From NCBI GenBank assembly GCA_002633005.1, contig NMRA01000651.1, positions 56,096-120,095 of the forward strand: a stretch of DNA of 64,000 bases, given 5' to 3'. The first letter of the stretch is position 1, and every line of letters starts with the position of its first letter. The position numbers and the translations under genes were made by a program. The notes beneath the pieces are model-generated. The model had not been told where the DNA came from and made no database searches. It saw only the letters and a program-made list of their open reading frames with translations. This DNA is from Phoronis australis (lineage: Eukaryota > Animalia > Phoronida). This document shows positions 23,835-36,130 of the stretch, piece by piece.

Positions 23835-24537
23835 CCTTCATGTCAGTGACATTGCTTTTAAAACAGTTGTGTCATTTGCATTAGTTTTATTAGTTTACAA
23901 GTTAGTATTATAATTCGTTTTCTGGGTATATCAACTTTTGCCCTTGATACTTCTGTACAGGAGATTTATGCGAGTAATGGTCATTTTTATGCACCCACCT
24001 GTACAAAATATGTGGGTACATGTTGCCGACATCTGTCCGCAGTCTGCTGCTGTATCTTGCAGGATCTTGACAGTTAGAAGTGTTCGTACGAAGCTGACAA
24101 TGGTTGATGCATCTAACTTTCGCTGTGTCCCCTATTGGCAATTTTATGTTTTGAATTTGTGTCTACCAAGTTCCTTGATGGAAATTTATGAAATTGGTCC
24201 AATAGGTGTCTGTTGAGATGAGGACAGCATTTTCCCAATATCGGGTAGATTTGACGAATTCTGTGCCCCCTAGTTGCTATTTTTATTGTTGAGTCTGTTT
24301 CAGACTCTGTGCCTCTATCTACCAGAGACTGCTGGATCGTTCATTATAAAATTTGGCAGATATGTTAATACTATGGAGAGCACAGACAAATTGTGTTTTC
24401 CCCACAGAGTTGCACCTATTAAACATTCCATAAACCTTAGCTATTAATAATTATAACAATTCAGTACTTTTTACAAGTCACGTAATATATGATGTCATTA
24501 TTTACCAGCAGTCATCGAAGACAGTTCACTTTTGTTG

Positions 24538-25719
24538 TCATTTTTGCTGTGAGTTTTCCAGCAATTTGTGTGATATCAATTGTTTTTGAGTATTTTTATC
24601 ACCGTTCTTGTAGTCTACTGAACATTGCATCAGTTCTGTCTCCATTGTGTTGCCATTGTTGGACACAGCAGACCTTGTGATAAGAACATCATTCTTACTA
24701 TTGAAGTCCACAGTATCATGCGGGTTCACTGTACAACTGTTCCGCACACGTGACAATGTTGTCTGATTCCTACGACCACATATGACGTCGAGCTCTTTGC
24801 GAAAGTTCTCATTCAGCCAGCCATATAAGAATGGATTAATGCATGTTGAAGTCATGGCAAACAACTTGAGATACATGTCGGTGACATTAAAATATCTGCC
24901 AAAGGTGGTCTCAAGGATTTCTATGGGCATGAAATCTGCAATAATCATGAATGTACTCCATGGCAGCCACCATACCATGAACACGGTCACTATGGCAACA
25001 AGAATTTTACATGTTCTTTTCCGTCGTTCATTTCTCTGAGCATCCCTTATGCCAAGGGGTCTGTTGCTCAACTGGTAGTAAATGCGTCCATACAAAATGG
25101 CCGAGATGATAAGAGGAAGCATGAATTTAAGCACAAACGTGGCTATGCTGTAGATGCGTTTGTTTTCACTTGGCCATGACTCTACACAGTACGTGGTGTC
25201 CAGCTCCAGCAGCGGTTCTTTAACGTGTTCAGTTCTGGTAAAGATGGCCATCGGAGTACTAATACTAAGAGCAGTGACAGCAATGACGGCTATCAGAAGT
25301 AGGGCAGTCTTCATTTTAATGTGACTGCGCAGTGGGTATACTATGAGATAGTAGCGGTCAAATGCAATCAACAGAAACGTCAGTGCGGACACATAGAGGG
25401 GCACTCCAAAGGAGGCGAACATAACATGGCAGAGTACTTCTCCAAAGATCCACGAACCACTCACTTGATAGTGAAGTTGTATAGGCATGTTGAAGAGGCA
25501 CAATCCTAGGTCAGCCATGGCAAGGTTGCAAATGAATAGGTTGGTGACTGTCCGCATGTATGAGTGTCGCAGCACGATGAATATGATGACACCATTGGCT
25601 GCAACACCGAGTAGCACAACTATGATGTAGAGAGTGACGGTGACACCGATCAATGCAGGCTGTTTCATGATCTCGTACTCACCAGCTGTGTAGTCCATCA
25701 AGGTATCATTAGGCACCAT
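24538..25719 (-). CDS. Rhodopsin-class neuropeptide GPCR, NPY/sNPF/PrRP receptor family (393 aa, uninterrupted ORF)
   Basis: Seven hydrophobic segments; TNLFICNLAMAD (TM2), WIFGEVLC (ECL1), DRY (TM3), YCVESWP (ECL2), WLP (TM6), NPFLYGWLNENFRKE (TM7/H8). A splice acceptor tgtttcag| lies 3 nt upstream of the ATG (exon starts 25722), so upstream exons should exist. Confidence 0.93.
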   Translation of the reverse strand: MVPNDTLMDYTAGEYEIMKQPALIGVTVTLYIIVVLLGVAANGVIIFIVLRHSYMRTVTNLFICNLAMADLGLCLFNMPIQLHYQVSGSWIFGEVLCHVMFASFGVPLYVSALTFLLIAFDRYYLIVYPLRSHIKMKTALLLIAVIAVTALSISTPMAIFTRTEHVKEPLLELDTTYCVESWPSENKRIYSIATFVLKFMLPLIISAILYGRIYYQLSNRPLGIRDAQRNERRKRTCKILVAIVTVFMVWWLPWSTFMIIADFMPIEILETTFGRYFNVTDMYLKLFAMTSTCINPFLYGWLNENFRKELDVICGRRNQTTLSRVRNSCTVNPHDTVDFNSKNDVLITRSAVSNNGNTMETELMQCSVDYKNGDKNTQKQLISHKLLENSQQK

Positions 25720-26639
25720 TATCTGAAACAGGCCGAAACAGATACACGATGAACATAAGCGCTCTACTGTATAATGAACCTTTTTAAAGGTTTCTTAATA
25801 ACCTCCATAATTATGTTATTGCTGGTGTGAGGGGGCGAAGTTAATCATTGCTTTATTGTTGGTTGTCATGAAATGCACAGTGAGCTGGAAACACTTTGTA
25901 ATGAAAAGTTGGAAAACACCCAGGATGGTACTAGGTCATGATGGCCACTAGTCATTACAGGCAAAAGTCTTTTGGGTCATGCTCAAAACATGTTGTCAAT
26001 GGTCAGGGGAACAACCAAAATTTGTAACGATGGGAGGGGCTCAACACTCATGTGGCATACACCATTCGTTTTTATCTGTTTAGCGCTCCTCCAATGTACC
26101 CCCTAGGAGGGGTCAACACCCATTGGGCACCCACCTGATTTGCACTTCCCTTGTAACCCTTTGCTGGCACCTGGAGGCATCTCCCCCCTGAACCCTCAGG
26201 AACAATCACTAAAATTATGTTGTCCATGGAGGTATGAAAGGTAATGAGGAACAGTAAATTGCCTTATTAAGAACATGAACATAAAACAAAACCATGATGG
26301 CTTTTGAAGGGAGCTTCAAGAGAATGATAGCAAATACACTTTAATATTGATTAAGATATGCATTTTCATTTTCATTCGTTTAGAAGTGGATGCTAGTTTA
26401 CGTATTTTACCCATTTTCAATCACCGAACGTCATTAAAGTATGAATTTATCAGTGTTTACATGGTTCAGACTGCGCCACTAAATTAGTGTTCCTTATTTG
26501 CCACTTGGGGTGCTAGTTTTTCGACCGATAACTATTGCGGTGAATGGCAAGATGGCGGAGTCTTCGTACACTCCTTGGTTGAACCCAAAGACAAAGCTTA
26601 AGTAATACGATGGAGTCATTTCCAATTGGTTGTCATGCA

Positions 26640-27075
26640 CCATAGATTCATAGGCATGAGCATTGCACGAACCACCTACGAACCCATGAGTCTTGTATAT
26701 GGACCCATGAGTCATGCATATGAACCAAAAATCATTCTCATGAACCACAAAAATTCCACATACAAACACAAATAATACGCACGAGCCACCAAACGAGAAA
26801 GTGTTCATGCGTGTGATTCCATGCTTGTGTGTATAATTTTGTGTTGGTATGTATGATTTTTGTTGGTATGTATAATTTTGTGTTGGTATGTATGTTTTTT
26901 GTTGGTATGTATGATTTTGTGTTGGTATGTATGATTTTTGTGGTTCTTGCATGTAATTTTTGTTTGTGTGCTTGATTTTTGGGTTTTTATGCATGATTCA
27001 TGGGTTCGTGTGAATGATTCATAGGTTTGTAAGTGGTTCGTGCATAGGATGCCATGTTCGTGCATATATTCTATG
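26640..27075. mobile_element. Foldback-type element with internal ~20-bp tandem repeats
   Basis: Imperfect inverted arms (tgcacgaaccac / gtggttcgtgca; cgaacccatga / tcatgggttcg) around ttttgttggtatgtat repeats. Confidence 0.55.
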
Positions 27076-28110
27076 GTACCCCTATTATGTTGCTTTCATT
27101 TGCTATTCCTGTTCAAACTAGTGTTGAGGAAATGCAACTATTAGTTAAGAGAAGAGAAACACTCTGAAATTCTTGATAAGAAAAATAAAAAGGGTGTAGG
27201 TGTTGACAGGCTGCACATCTTCAACAAGACTAGTCACATTCCATTTGTCTGTTTGCTATTGACTAATTTGCCTTCAAGACTGAGTGGGCTTTTTCTTGAC
27301 AATTTCTGTGCAATCTGATTGAGTTTTTGCTTGTTGCCGCTAGCTATGTTCACCAACATAGTTACTAATCAATGAGCTGTCTTACCCTAATTGAAAGGAG
27401 AAAAAGCTTGTGATTACAAGGAGATGAAGCCTCCGGGGCTGATGAAAGGATGGACAATTTTGTCGTAACCTTCTTAGGTTTCACAGCTTTTGAAAAACCT
27501 CCATTGGGGAAACTGGCATTTATACTATTTGATTTTTAAAAGGACATTGTCAGCGAGGGTTTCTGAGAGTAGTCTAAGCGTACACTTAAAGATCAGTTTT
27601 GTGTTTTGTCTTGGGTTTCTATAATTTCATATAATAATCAGCTATACCTGGTATACCTGGTATAGCTCATTAGGATTTACTTACAATATAAATAACAATA
27701 CATCATAGAAAACAAATAATCATATTGAAACAGGACTCCTTGTGATTGCTCAAGATAGATTATTGTGAATGAGTTGTTGAAGAAACGGAAAAGGAAATGA
27801 CTTTCAGGCACTCTTTCACGCACACACTCAAATTGAAATTACCAAATTTTTTATATTTGCATTTACATAGGCTTATTTAAATGTAAAAGTCAATTTTTAT
27901 CATACGAAGAAGTGGTTAAAAATACTGTCACCGGTATGAACAGGTTATATTGTTTAATTCATCTAAAAGATACACCTGAAAAAACTTTATCTGAGACTTA
28001 CAGTAACCATGACCATCTCAAACAGTATAAAACTGAAATTATTAAAACATGATTGAGGCTCATGTCACAAAGTATTAAGATATTATTAATCATGAATTCA
28101 CATGGTGGTA

Positions 28111-28469
28111 CATAGGCGGTGCAGCACTGAAAAAAGTGGGGCTATAGCCCCCCATTCCCCCTGTGGTGCACCGCCCATAGACCACGGGTGGCGCAGCACT
28201 GAATAAGGTGGGGGCTATAGCCACCCAGCTCCCTATGGTGCACCGCCCATAGACCACAGGTGGCGCAGCACTGAATAAGGTTGGGGCTATAGCCACCCAG
28301 CCCCCTATGGTGCATCGCCCATAGACCACAGGTGGCTCAGCACTGAATAAGGTGGGGGGCTATAGCCACCCAGCCCCCTATGGTGCACCGCCCATAGATC
28401 ACGGGTGGCGCAGCATTGAATAAGGTGGGGGGCTATAGCCACCCAGCCCCCTATGGTGCACTGCCCATG
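28111..28469. repeat. Tandem array of 5 head-to-tail ~70-bp mini-MITE units
   Basis: Each unit has cat(a/g)ggcggtgca-like / tgcaccgcccat inverted ends and a central ggctatagcc palindrome. The array is flanked by tggta / tagta. Confidence 0.85.
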
Positions 28470-31400
28470 TAGTAACGACTTCACTTTGTTTGTCAAAGAA
28501 ACAAACTAGTGAAATACAACAAACGGTTTAGTGCACAAATTTAAAAACATTATAAATTGATGTAGAGAGTCTGAGAAACATTTAACACAGAAGCAGCTGT
28601 AAAATGTGTGTTGAAAAGTCTGAACTTCGTTGCTGTAGCGAAATGGTCAGTTTTTTGAAATATCAAACATTTTCAACTATTTGTTTGTGTAAATTCTTTT
28701 TTGGATAATAGTATTTAAAACATTGTTAAAATGGGATTGTATGGGCAGGGCGAAAGCTTCACTGAAGTCGTGTTTATAAACATGTTTTTAACGCATGATT
28801 TGAATATATTGATAGGTAAATATCTTATGTTATTTTAACTAAGATGCCTTCTATCAGTCCCACCCACAGCTTTTCCTCAAAGTCGTCGTTAGCAAATAAA
28901 AGGATACGAAAGAAGCATTCCTCAAGTCATGTTTTATCATTTAAGAACTTCGTGTTCAATTGACTTTCTAAATGGTCATCACAAAAGATTATCCCTGCAT
29001 GGTGCAGATCTTGTTAAAATAATGATGTACTTTCTAAAATTTTGCTCATTACTAAGTGGTATCCTAAACATATTAACAAATTAGTGTAATCAAACTGTAA
29101 ACAATTTTCTAAATTGTAACTCATAATGTTGTTCTACTACCGCGTACACAAAACTCAGTTTCACTTGACACCTGATTTCATCTCCGAAGTTATCCTTTCT
29201 TTCTTTGCATCATAACATTGCCTAAAATGTTCCAACATCTTTTAAGAATAGTTGTTTTATATCCCACTGATTCAAACCAAACACCTTTCTACCAACATTG
29301 AACCTCACCAATTCTTTACTACCAACCATTTCAAATTAATTGTCTTGGTGTTTTACGACTTGTTCCATCTTTCTCCAGTCGTGGAATGTTTAATCATTTT
29401 CACCCGAAGACTAAATAACCGCTCACCTGCCATTTCTTCTCTTAAGTGGTCTCATTATGTGAGCGCTATTTGAAATTAGTTGCCTTCCTGATCTATCTAA
29501 TGGGTCGCTAGTTAACAAATGTCCTCCAGCAGATTTCTCATAGAGAGATGCTTTATGTGAGTAAGGGTGAACAATCTGAGGTGTTCAACCCTCATGAACT
29601 ACCCAGCGATGAAAAAATTAAATGTGTCTGTTATGCCCAAGACATATAAAGTGAAATTACCAAAAAAAAAAAACAGTTATCTACGCTGAGTATTGTCTCT
29701 GTAAAGCAGTTTTTATGTCTTAAGTAGATGTTCGCATAAAAAGTTCTGAACTATCTCTTCTGTATTTCCTAAGCATGGGAATAATGCATTTGACGAGGAA
29801 AAGTCGCATGAAAGGCCATTGTTTTCTTGGTCATGTTCAAGGTTATGTAGAATTCGTGCAGTGTGTCCACTATCAACAGTGGACACTGTGCTCACCCTCC
29901 ACATTTTGGTCAAATGATGCTCGACAACCTTACCTGTTTCATGACTATTGTTGGTGGGGGCTTGTCACTAATGCAAACAGTTTCTACTCATGAAACATTG
30001 CTAGCTTGTCTGTTGAGTCCACTTACCACTCACCAATGCTATTGTTCAATGAATCGCATGCGCCTATGGTTTATATGTATTTTTGTATAGGTCAGTGGCG
30101 TGTGGAGAGAATATGAAGCCGAGAATTGATCTTATTGTCAAATATCCATTGTTTGGCAGCAGAAACCAATCCAAATTACTAGAGGTGATTTTTTGTGATC
30201 TGAAGTGCTGCCATCCACTTTATACTACTAGGCACATAGTATTTTCATTGTGGTGTTTACCTCAGTTGTGATACACTTTTCAAAGCCTATGCTGTTTACA
30301 TCAGATGTATGTTTTTTTAAAAGTTTGCGAAATTTTGTTTTACTGATATAGTTTCCAAAACTAGGCCTGCAGGATATGCGCATGTGTGTATTTGAAATAT
30401 GTACTTGCCTGAACCCCATAACAGTCCCCAGGGTATTCACTACAAGCTTAAAACAAACAAAATCAATGGTAGTTCTCTTCCATACATTTTTTTATTTAAA
30501 AAGGTTCTTGTTAAAGCCATCATTGAGGAGAATGCGCTCTGAATTTTCCATTGGAGTGCATGACGGCTTTGATAAAGTTGCACCCAAAGTCAAAGTATTG
30601 TGTGCTCGTAAGCCAAGGTAGTCATCTAACAGTAGTACCCAAATATGACAAATAACCAGACTTAATCTGATCTTAGTTCCATTTTAAGTAACAAAGCTCA
30701 ACATTATAATCCTCTTCCTTTACAATGAAATCAGCTTTGTCCTAATCTCTGCGTAGCAGATTATTTCCTTATGCTTAATTGCTGTTACTTTCCTTTAGAT
30801 CAGTACCTTCAAGCTGCTGTTTTCACTGGTAATTACACTGTCATATTTCTTCAGCATTACCATATCTTCTTGTATTTTGCCCATGTGGATGTAATTTGAA
30901 ACATGAGAAAAACAGAGGAGCAAGTTTTTAAACTAGATTCTGTGAAAATTTACTGATTTATTACAGAATTACAGATATTGACTTTCAATCAATTTAATAG
31001 TAGTATTTATTAAATTAAATGTACTTAAAGAATTGGCAAAATTATACAAAAAACATCTAAGGGGACTTTCACACTTATGCATTTGGAACAGCAGACATTC
31101 TTTCTTAACCACAATAATTTAAGACCCAATGCAAAAGGTGACTTAGGCAGGTTTAAATTTAGAACAGTACCAAAGTTAGTACGATTTTCAAAAAGATCGC
31201 ACTACCAAGCGGACAAAAGTTAGTTTGGATTATTTTTCATGACCGTCCTAAATTGTCTCGCCACTTCATATGTGCGCAGAGTTCTTATTGCCATTTTTCA
31301 CTCATTGTATCATCAGCTGTTCGCTGTACAACTTTTTAAGTAATCATTTCTCTTAGGAATAAATTTACCAAGAGTATAGATGGTAACTACCGTAGTTACC

Positions 31401-31682
31401 AGATGAAAGCGAGCTTCTCATCAGCATTTGGAGTGAGTTACTGACTCAAGGTATTCTCCATGGAAAAGATCTCAAAAGCGTAGTAACATTGTGAGAAAGT
31501 TGACACTTTATGACACTGATATATGTTGTGACTAGTTTGGATTACCTGTAGTGCGAAAGCAGCTTAAGAAGTGACCCAAGAGATAGCCTGCATATGGTTA
31601 CAAAGGAAGATTTAGGTGCATACACCTATATGAGTATCACTTGAGCAAAGTAAAGTCTTTGACATTATTTTGGATGTGTCAG

Positions 31683-31910
31683 AGTACAAGGATATACCAT
31701 CCACAGCTTGTATACGTGTTATTATCGTTCTCGTGTGAAAGTACAAGGATATACCATCCACAGCTTGTATACGTGTTATTATCGTTCTCGTGTGAAAGTA
31801 CAAGGATATACCATCCACAGTTTGTATACGTGTTATTATCGTTCTCGTGTGAAAGTACAAGGATATACCATCCACAGCTTGTATACGTGTTATTATCGTT
31901 CTCGTGTGAA
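31683..31910. repeat. 57-bp minisatellite x4
   Basis: Unit agtacaaggatataccatccacagcttgtatacgtgttattatcgttctcgtgtgaa. Confidence 0.95.
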
Positions 31911-33524
31911 AATTGCCAGATGAAAAAATTGAACTGAGACACTAATAGCAAAATACCAATGTGAATGGTTACAAGTGTCACTTTTACTGGCATATTGCTA
32001 GCGTTTTTAGTTTCCCCGAAAACTGCATTTTTCCTAGCACTTATTTAGCCAGTTCACTTACTTCAAACGACACAGAAGGAAGGGCACAGGTAAGAGGCTT
32101 TTATATATGTCAGAGATATTGAAGATGATTTGTAGCCAGTTTTTGCTTAAAAGCGATACAGGTTGTGTTTGAAACTAGCTGATGACGAAAATGATACCTT
32201 CACATAGCATAGCATTTTGGCTAACATTTTTGCGAACCCAGTTTTAGAGAATGCCTATTTGTTGCTTGTTAAAATGTGAGGTTTTTCATAGTCTGAAGGA
32301 ACATCTGTAAACTCACGGGTTAACACCCTGGGCGCTTAAATTGGTAAACCTTGTGACAGGGGGGAGGTGAGTGATTACCCAATCAGTGGGCACTTAAACT
32401 AAAAAACTGTCAAAAGGTCGGGTGTGGACGATTACCCAAGCAGTGGGCGCTTTCGTCCAAGTTTTAACCGAATTGGGCATCTCGTGCAGTGTTCATTCGA
32501 GCACGGAACTAGTAAGTTTGGTCAAGAAGTGGGACCCGACAACCACAACATTTGTCACGGCTCAAACAGAAACAGGATTTCGACTTTGAAAGGGTGATTT
32601 CTCGAGAATGTTTCTAAAAACTCTGGATTTTTTAAAGATATTAGCACACAGCAAAATGTCATACCACAGAGCTTTATGAAACTCTACTGGCAGTCTACTT
32701 ACTGTATCAGCAAGTACTATTTCAGGTCAGTGAACGGGACTACATTTCGTTTCCAGTGCCATTGTATTGTTAGTGTTGTTCGTATGACTACTCAAATCTG
32801 GGTTTACCCAGGAAACAAATCTATCAAAATCACGTGCTCTATGCGTGCCATTACATCAAGAGGGGAGTTGATTGATTGGTCAATTCAAATTTGGGTAGAC
32901 CCAGGAGAAAAGTCTAGCAAAATCAACTGCTCCGTCTGAAAATACATGTCGATGTTTCGAAGTTTTACCTCTTCTAGCCAAACACTCTAAAAACTTGATC
33001 CGCTGAACTCGAAAACGCATCGGAAAGGATGCCTGATACGAAAAAATTTAGACTAGCTAATTCTAAAATTTGTCACCTAGAAACCCAAAGTTAAAACTAT
33101 ATTTCGCCCTATTTAATTGGCTAAGAATTTTAAGGCCTTTTGTGTTCTATTACCAACAAGAACAACAGCGACTCACAAAGATGCTTCAGGGTCAGCCAAT
33201 CCTAAAAGTGTAGATTCAAAAATGACACATGTGACTTGAGTTGTCGCCTCATTGTATAGTAATTTAAGATTGGATGAGAATGGTGGTGTTTTCAAACCCT
33301 ATAGCAGTTTGGTTAAGAATTCTGAACATTGACATCTAAACAGTCCAGAAATATACCTTTAATTTACATTATTCTCTAATTCTGGGCAGTTTTATTATGT
33401 GGTATAAGCCTTTTTGAATGTTGGTGCACATGATCAAGTATTAATAGTATTTTCTATCAAAAGCAATATTGATTATTGTTTTGTTGACAGCTCGATTTTC
33501 AATCAAATGTGAACTGTTTTATGG

Positions 33525-33630
33525 AGCTCCCCATATCTGTTGTATACAGCTCCCCATATCTGTTGTATACAGCTCCCCATATCTGTTGTATACAGCTCCC
33601 CATATCTGTTGTATACAGCTCCTTATATCT
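33525..33630. repeat. 23-bp minisatellite, ~4.5 copies
   Basis: Unit agctccccatatctgttgtatac. Confidence 0.9.
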
Positions 33631-35555
33631 GCATGTTTCTCTCACTTGCGATTAGACTTGGTTAAGCTTGAGCTGTACCTCATTTGTCTGCAAAATAACT
33701 TTTTGCAAAAGCCTATCACTATGGCAACATGCAGTGGGTAACTGCTCTGCCAATAGTGAGATGAGATGATTTATCATAGCATGTTTTCAGTCACAAACTG
33801 TTTGAGAAGGCCGGGTGGCTCTTTTAATATGCAGTATTCCACAAGGCGGCGTTGTTGTGAAGAAATCTCTCGGGATTACATATGTTACAGACACAGAAAC
33901 ACTCGCTATTCTAAATTACTGAAATATGTTGGTAAATATCATTCCATGAAATCTGGTAGGGTAAATGGTACTTCATTCGGTAGCATAACTATGGGTTACA
34001 TTTTGATGTGGAAAGTTTTGTCCCAAACCGGGTCTACCAGTTTTTAGCTCTCTCCAAGTCATATTTTCCAGTGAATTCTTACAGCAAACATTTGTACCTA
34101 ACCCACCTGGGCTATCCTGTCACTTTTGGTTCAGATGCAACATGATCAATTATCATTTCTAAAATCTATTTATCCACCAACCTGCGGCACATTGTTTTGA
34201 TCAGTCATTTCCAATCCTATCGTCAGGTGCTTTAGCAGCAGTGGGGTTGCTCTTAGAAGAGAGAGCTTGGGTCGTGTGGTATGGTAGACTTCTTTGCCAG
34301 ACAGTGATGAGCACTTTTTCTCATATTTTTGATTGTCCTTAGTTCAAGCTGAGCTGTAGGCCAGAGGTGGGTGTTTAGAGATCAATAGAGTCTGTGTAGT
34401 TTTAGGAAATCACCAGTCATCTGTATTCAAAATATTGATTACATTTACGCTTACATGCTGTCTTTGCAAATTTAAAAAGTGGTCAAATAGTAACCTTTGT
34501 GCAGGTTATAATCTGTTTTCAGTCTCTAATAAAACCATTGATCTTTTACTTTATTAGAATGAGAACAGTCAACACCATCTCCATTTGACCTCTTTCTTAC
34601 ATGGTCATTGACCAGCCTTGGCACAACATTGTGAAAAGTCTGCAAATTATTTGCTTACCTTTGTTGTAAAGGAAATAGTTCCCCATAGAGAATACTGGTA
34701 TCATTACACTCAGCAGTAGTGGCAGATAATCTCCTGATGCACATTAGTCTAGTTAACACTTGGTAATCAAGCGTTGTTCTTCTTAATCATTTTTTAATTA
34801 AAATCCGAGTCAAGCCTAAAACTCCTTTCTTTTTGTTTCCTTTCATTCAGCCTTTTTTCATTCAAAATCATCGGAGTTTGCATCTGGAAGCCTCTTCTGA
34901 AATATTTGAACCTTGAATAATTTGTGGAAATATAAGTAGGTGGTGTTTTGTTATTGATTGATCTGTTTGTCTTGTTCTCCATTGGTTGACTGTGGTTGAA
35001 ATGCTGTTGTACTACTAGTATAGGTCATGTGACTAAATGGATTAATGCTGATACTACAATGGTTTTCAAAAATGTTGACGAGTTTTGAGTTTGCCTTGTT
35101 TAGTCAAAGTTATGGCAAAAACTCTGTAGGTAAACAGATGAAACGTTTGTCTAGCTTTGTCAAAATTAGGATGAAACCTCACCCAGCTGAAAGGCATTTC
35201 AAAATAATTCCAGTTACATGGCCATTTATAATGATACATTTGATATTGATTCAGCTTTGACTACCATCTGGTATCAAAATTTTAACATTTCCTTCATAAA
35301 AGTATCCATTTTGCTGTACATATTCTGAATTATTGCTGCTTGACTGGTGGGAACACATTCAAATCTAGTTTTAACAAGACATACACAATATGTCTCACTC
35401 TTGAGGGTGTTTCCAAGTTTATTGGAAATGTTAAAGGGATTACTCCTCACCCACATGTTTGAGTCAATGCCTACCCATAAAATTTGTGAACTTTCAGTTT
35501 TAAATACCCATACTCGATTTAGCACTCTTCCCCAATCAACACGATCATGACCTAT

Positions 35556-35646
35556 TGCGTGAAAGTGCCTGTGTTTGTGTTTGCGTGAAAGTGTGTTTGT
35601 GTTTGCGTTAAAATGTGTTTGTGTTTGCGTGAAAGTGTGTTTGTGT
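35556..35646. repeat. ~22-bp minisatellite, ~4 copies
   Basis: Unit tgcgtgaaagtgtgtttgtgtt. Confidence 0.8.
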
Positions 35647-36130
35647 ACTCGTGTTTCTCATGAATTTTAGCTTCAAAACCATCCCAAAATGTTCTAGTTT
35701 TGACAGTTCTTTGCCACTAATTTCTTTGTTTTATTTGTTTGTGGGTCTGACACACATGCTTGAATTGACTGTTAAGGTAAACTGCATTTCATTTTTAAAA
35801 CACCTATGGTTAGCTTGATTGCTCATGTAGGACATTGTTGACGAGTCTATGAACTTGATCAGACATCTACAAAAACTTGATAACTCTGTAGTATGATTTC
35901 AAAAATGACTTATGGTAAAAAGTCTAGTTCAGGATGGTGAATATATGTTTATGTACCGTATTCGCCCTAATAAGCGCCAAGGCCGCTAACAAAAATTCGC
36001 TTCATAAAGGGGGCACTTATTATAGCCCAAAAGTGGTTGAAACCCAGTCTCCGAAACAGGTGAAATTGTCAGCTAGAATTCATCAAATTTACGCTCTGTG
36101 ACCCATCTGTAACCTACGACACAGTTTCTA

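Noticed and set aside
22621-23913. Long ORFs (430, 349 and 229 aa) in the ORF track
   Set aside because: Artefacts of a 39-bp repeat plus an N gap; no protein signal.
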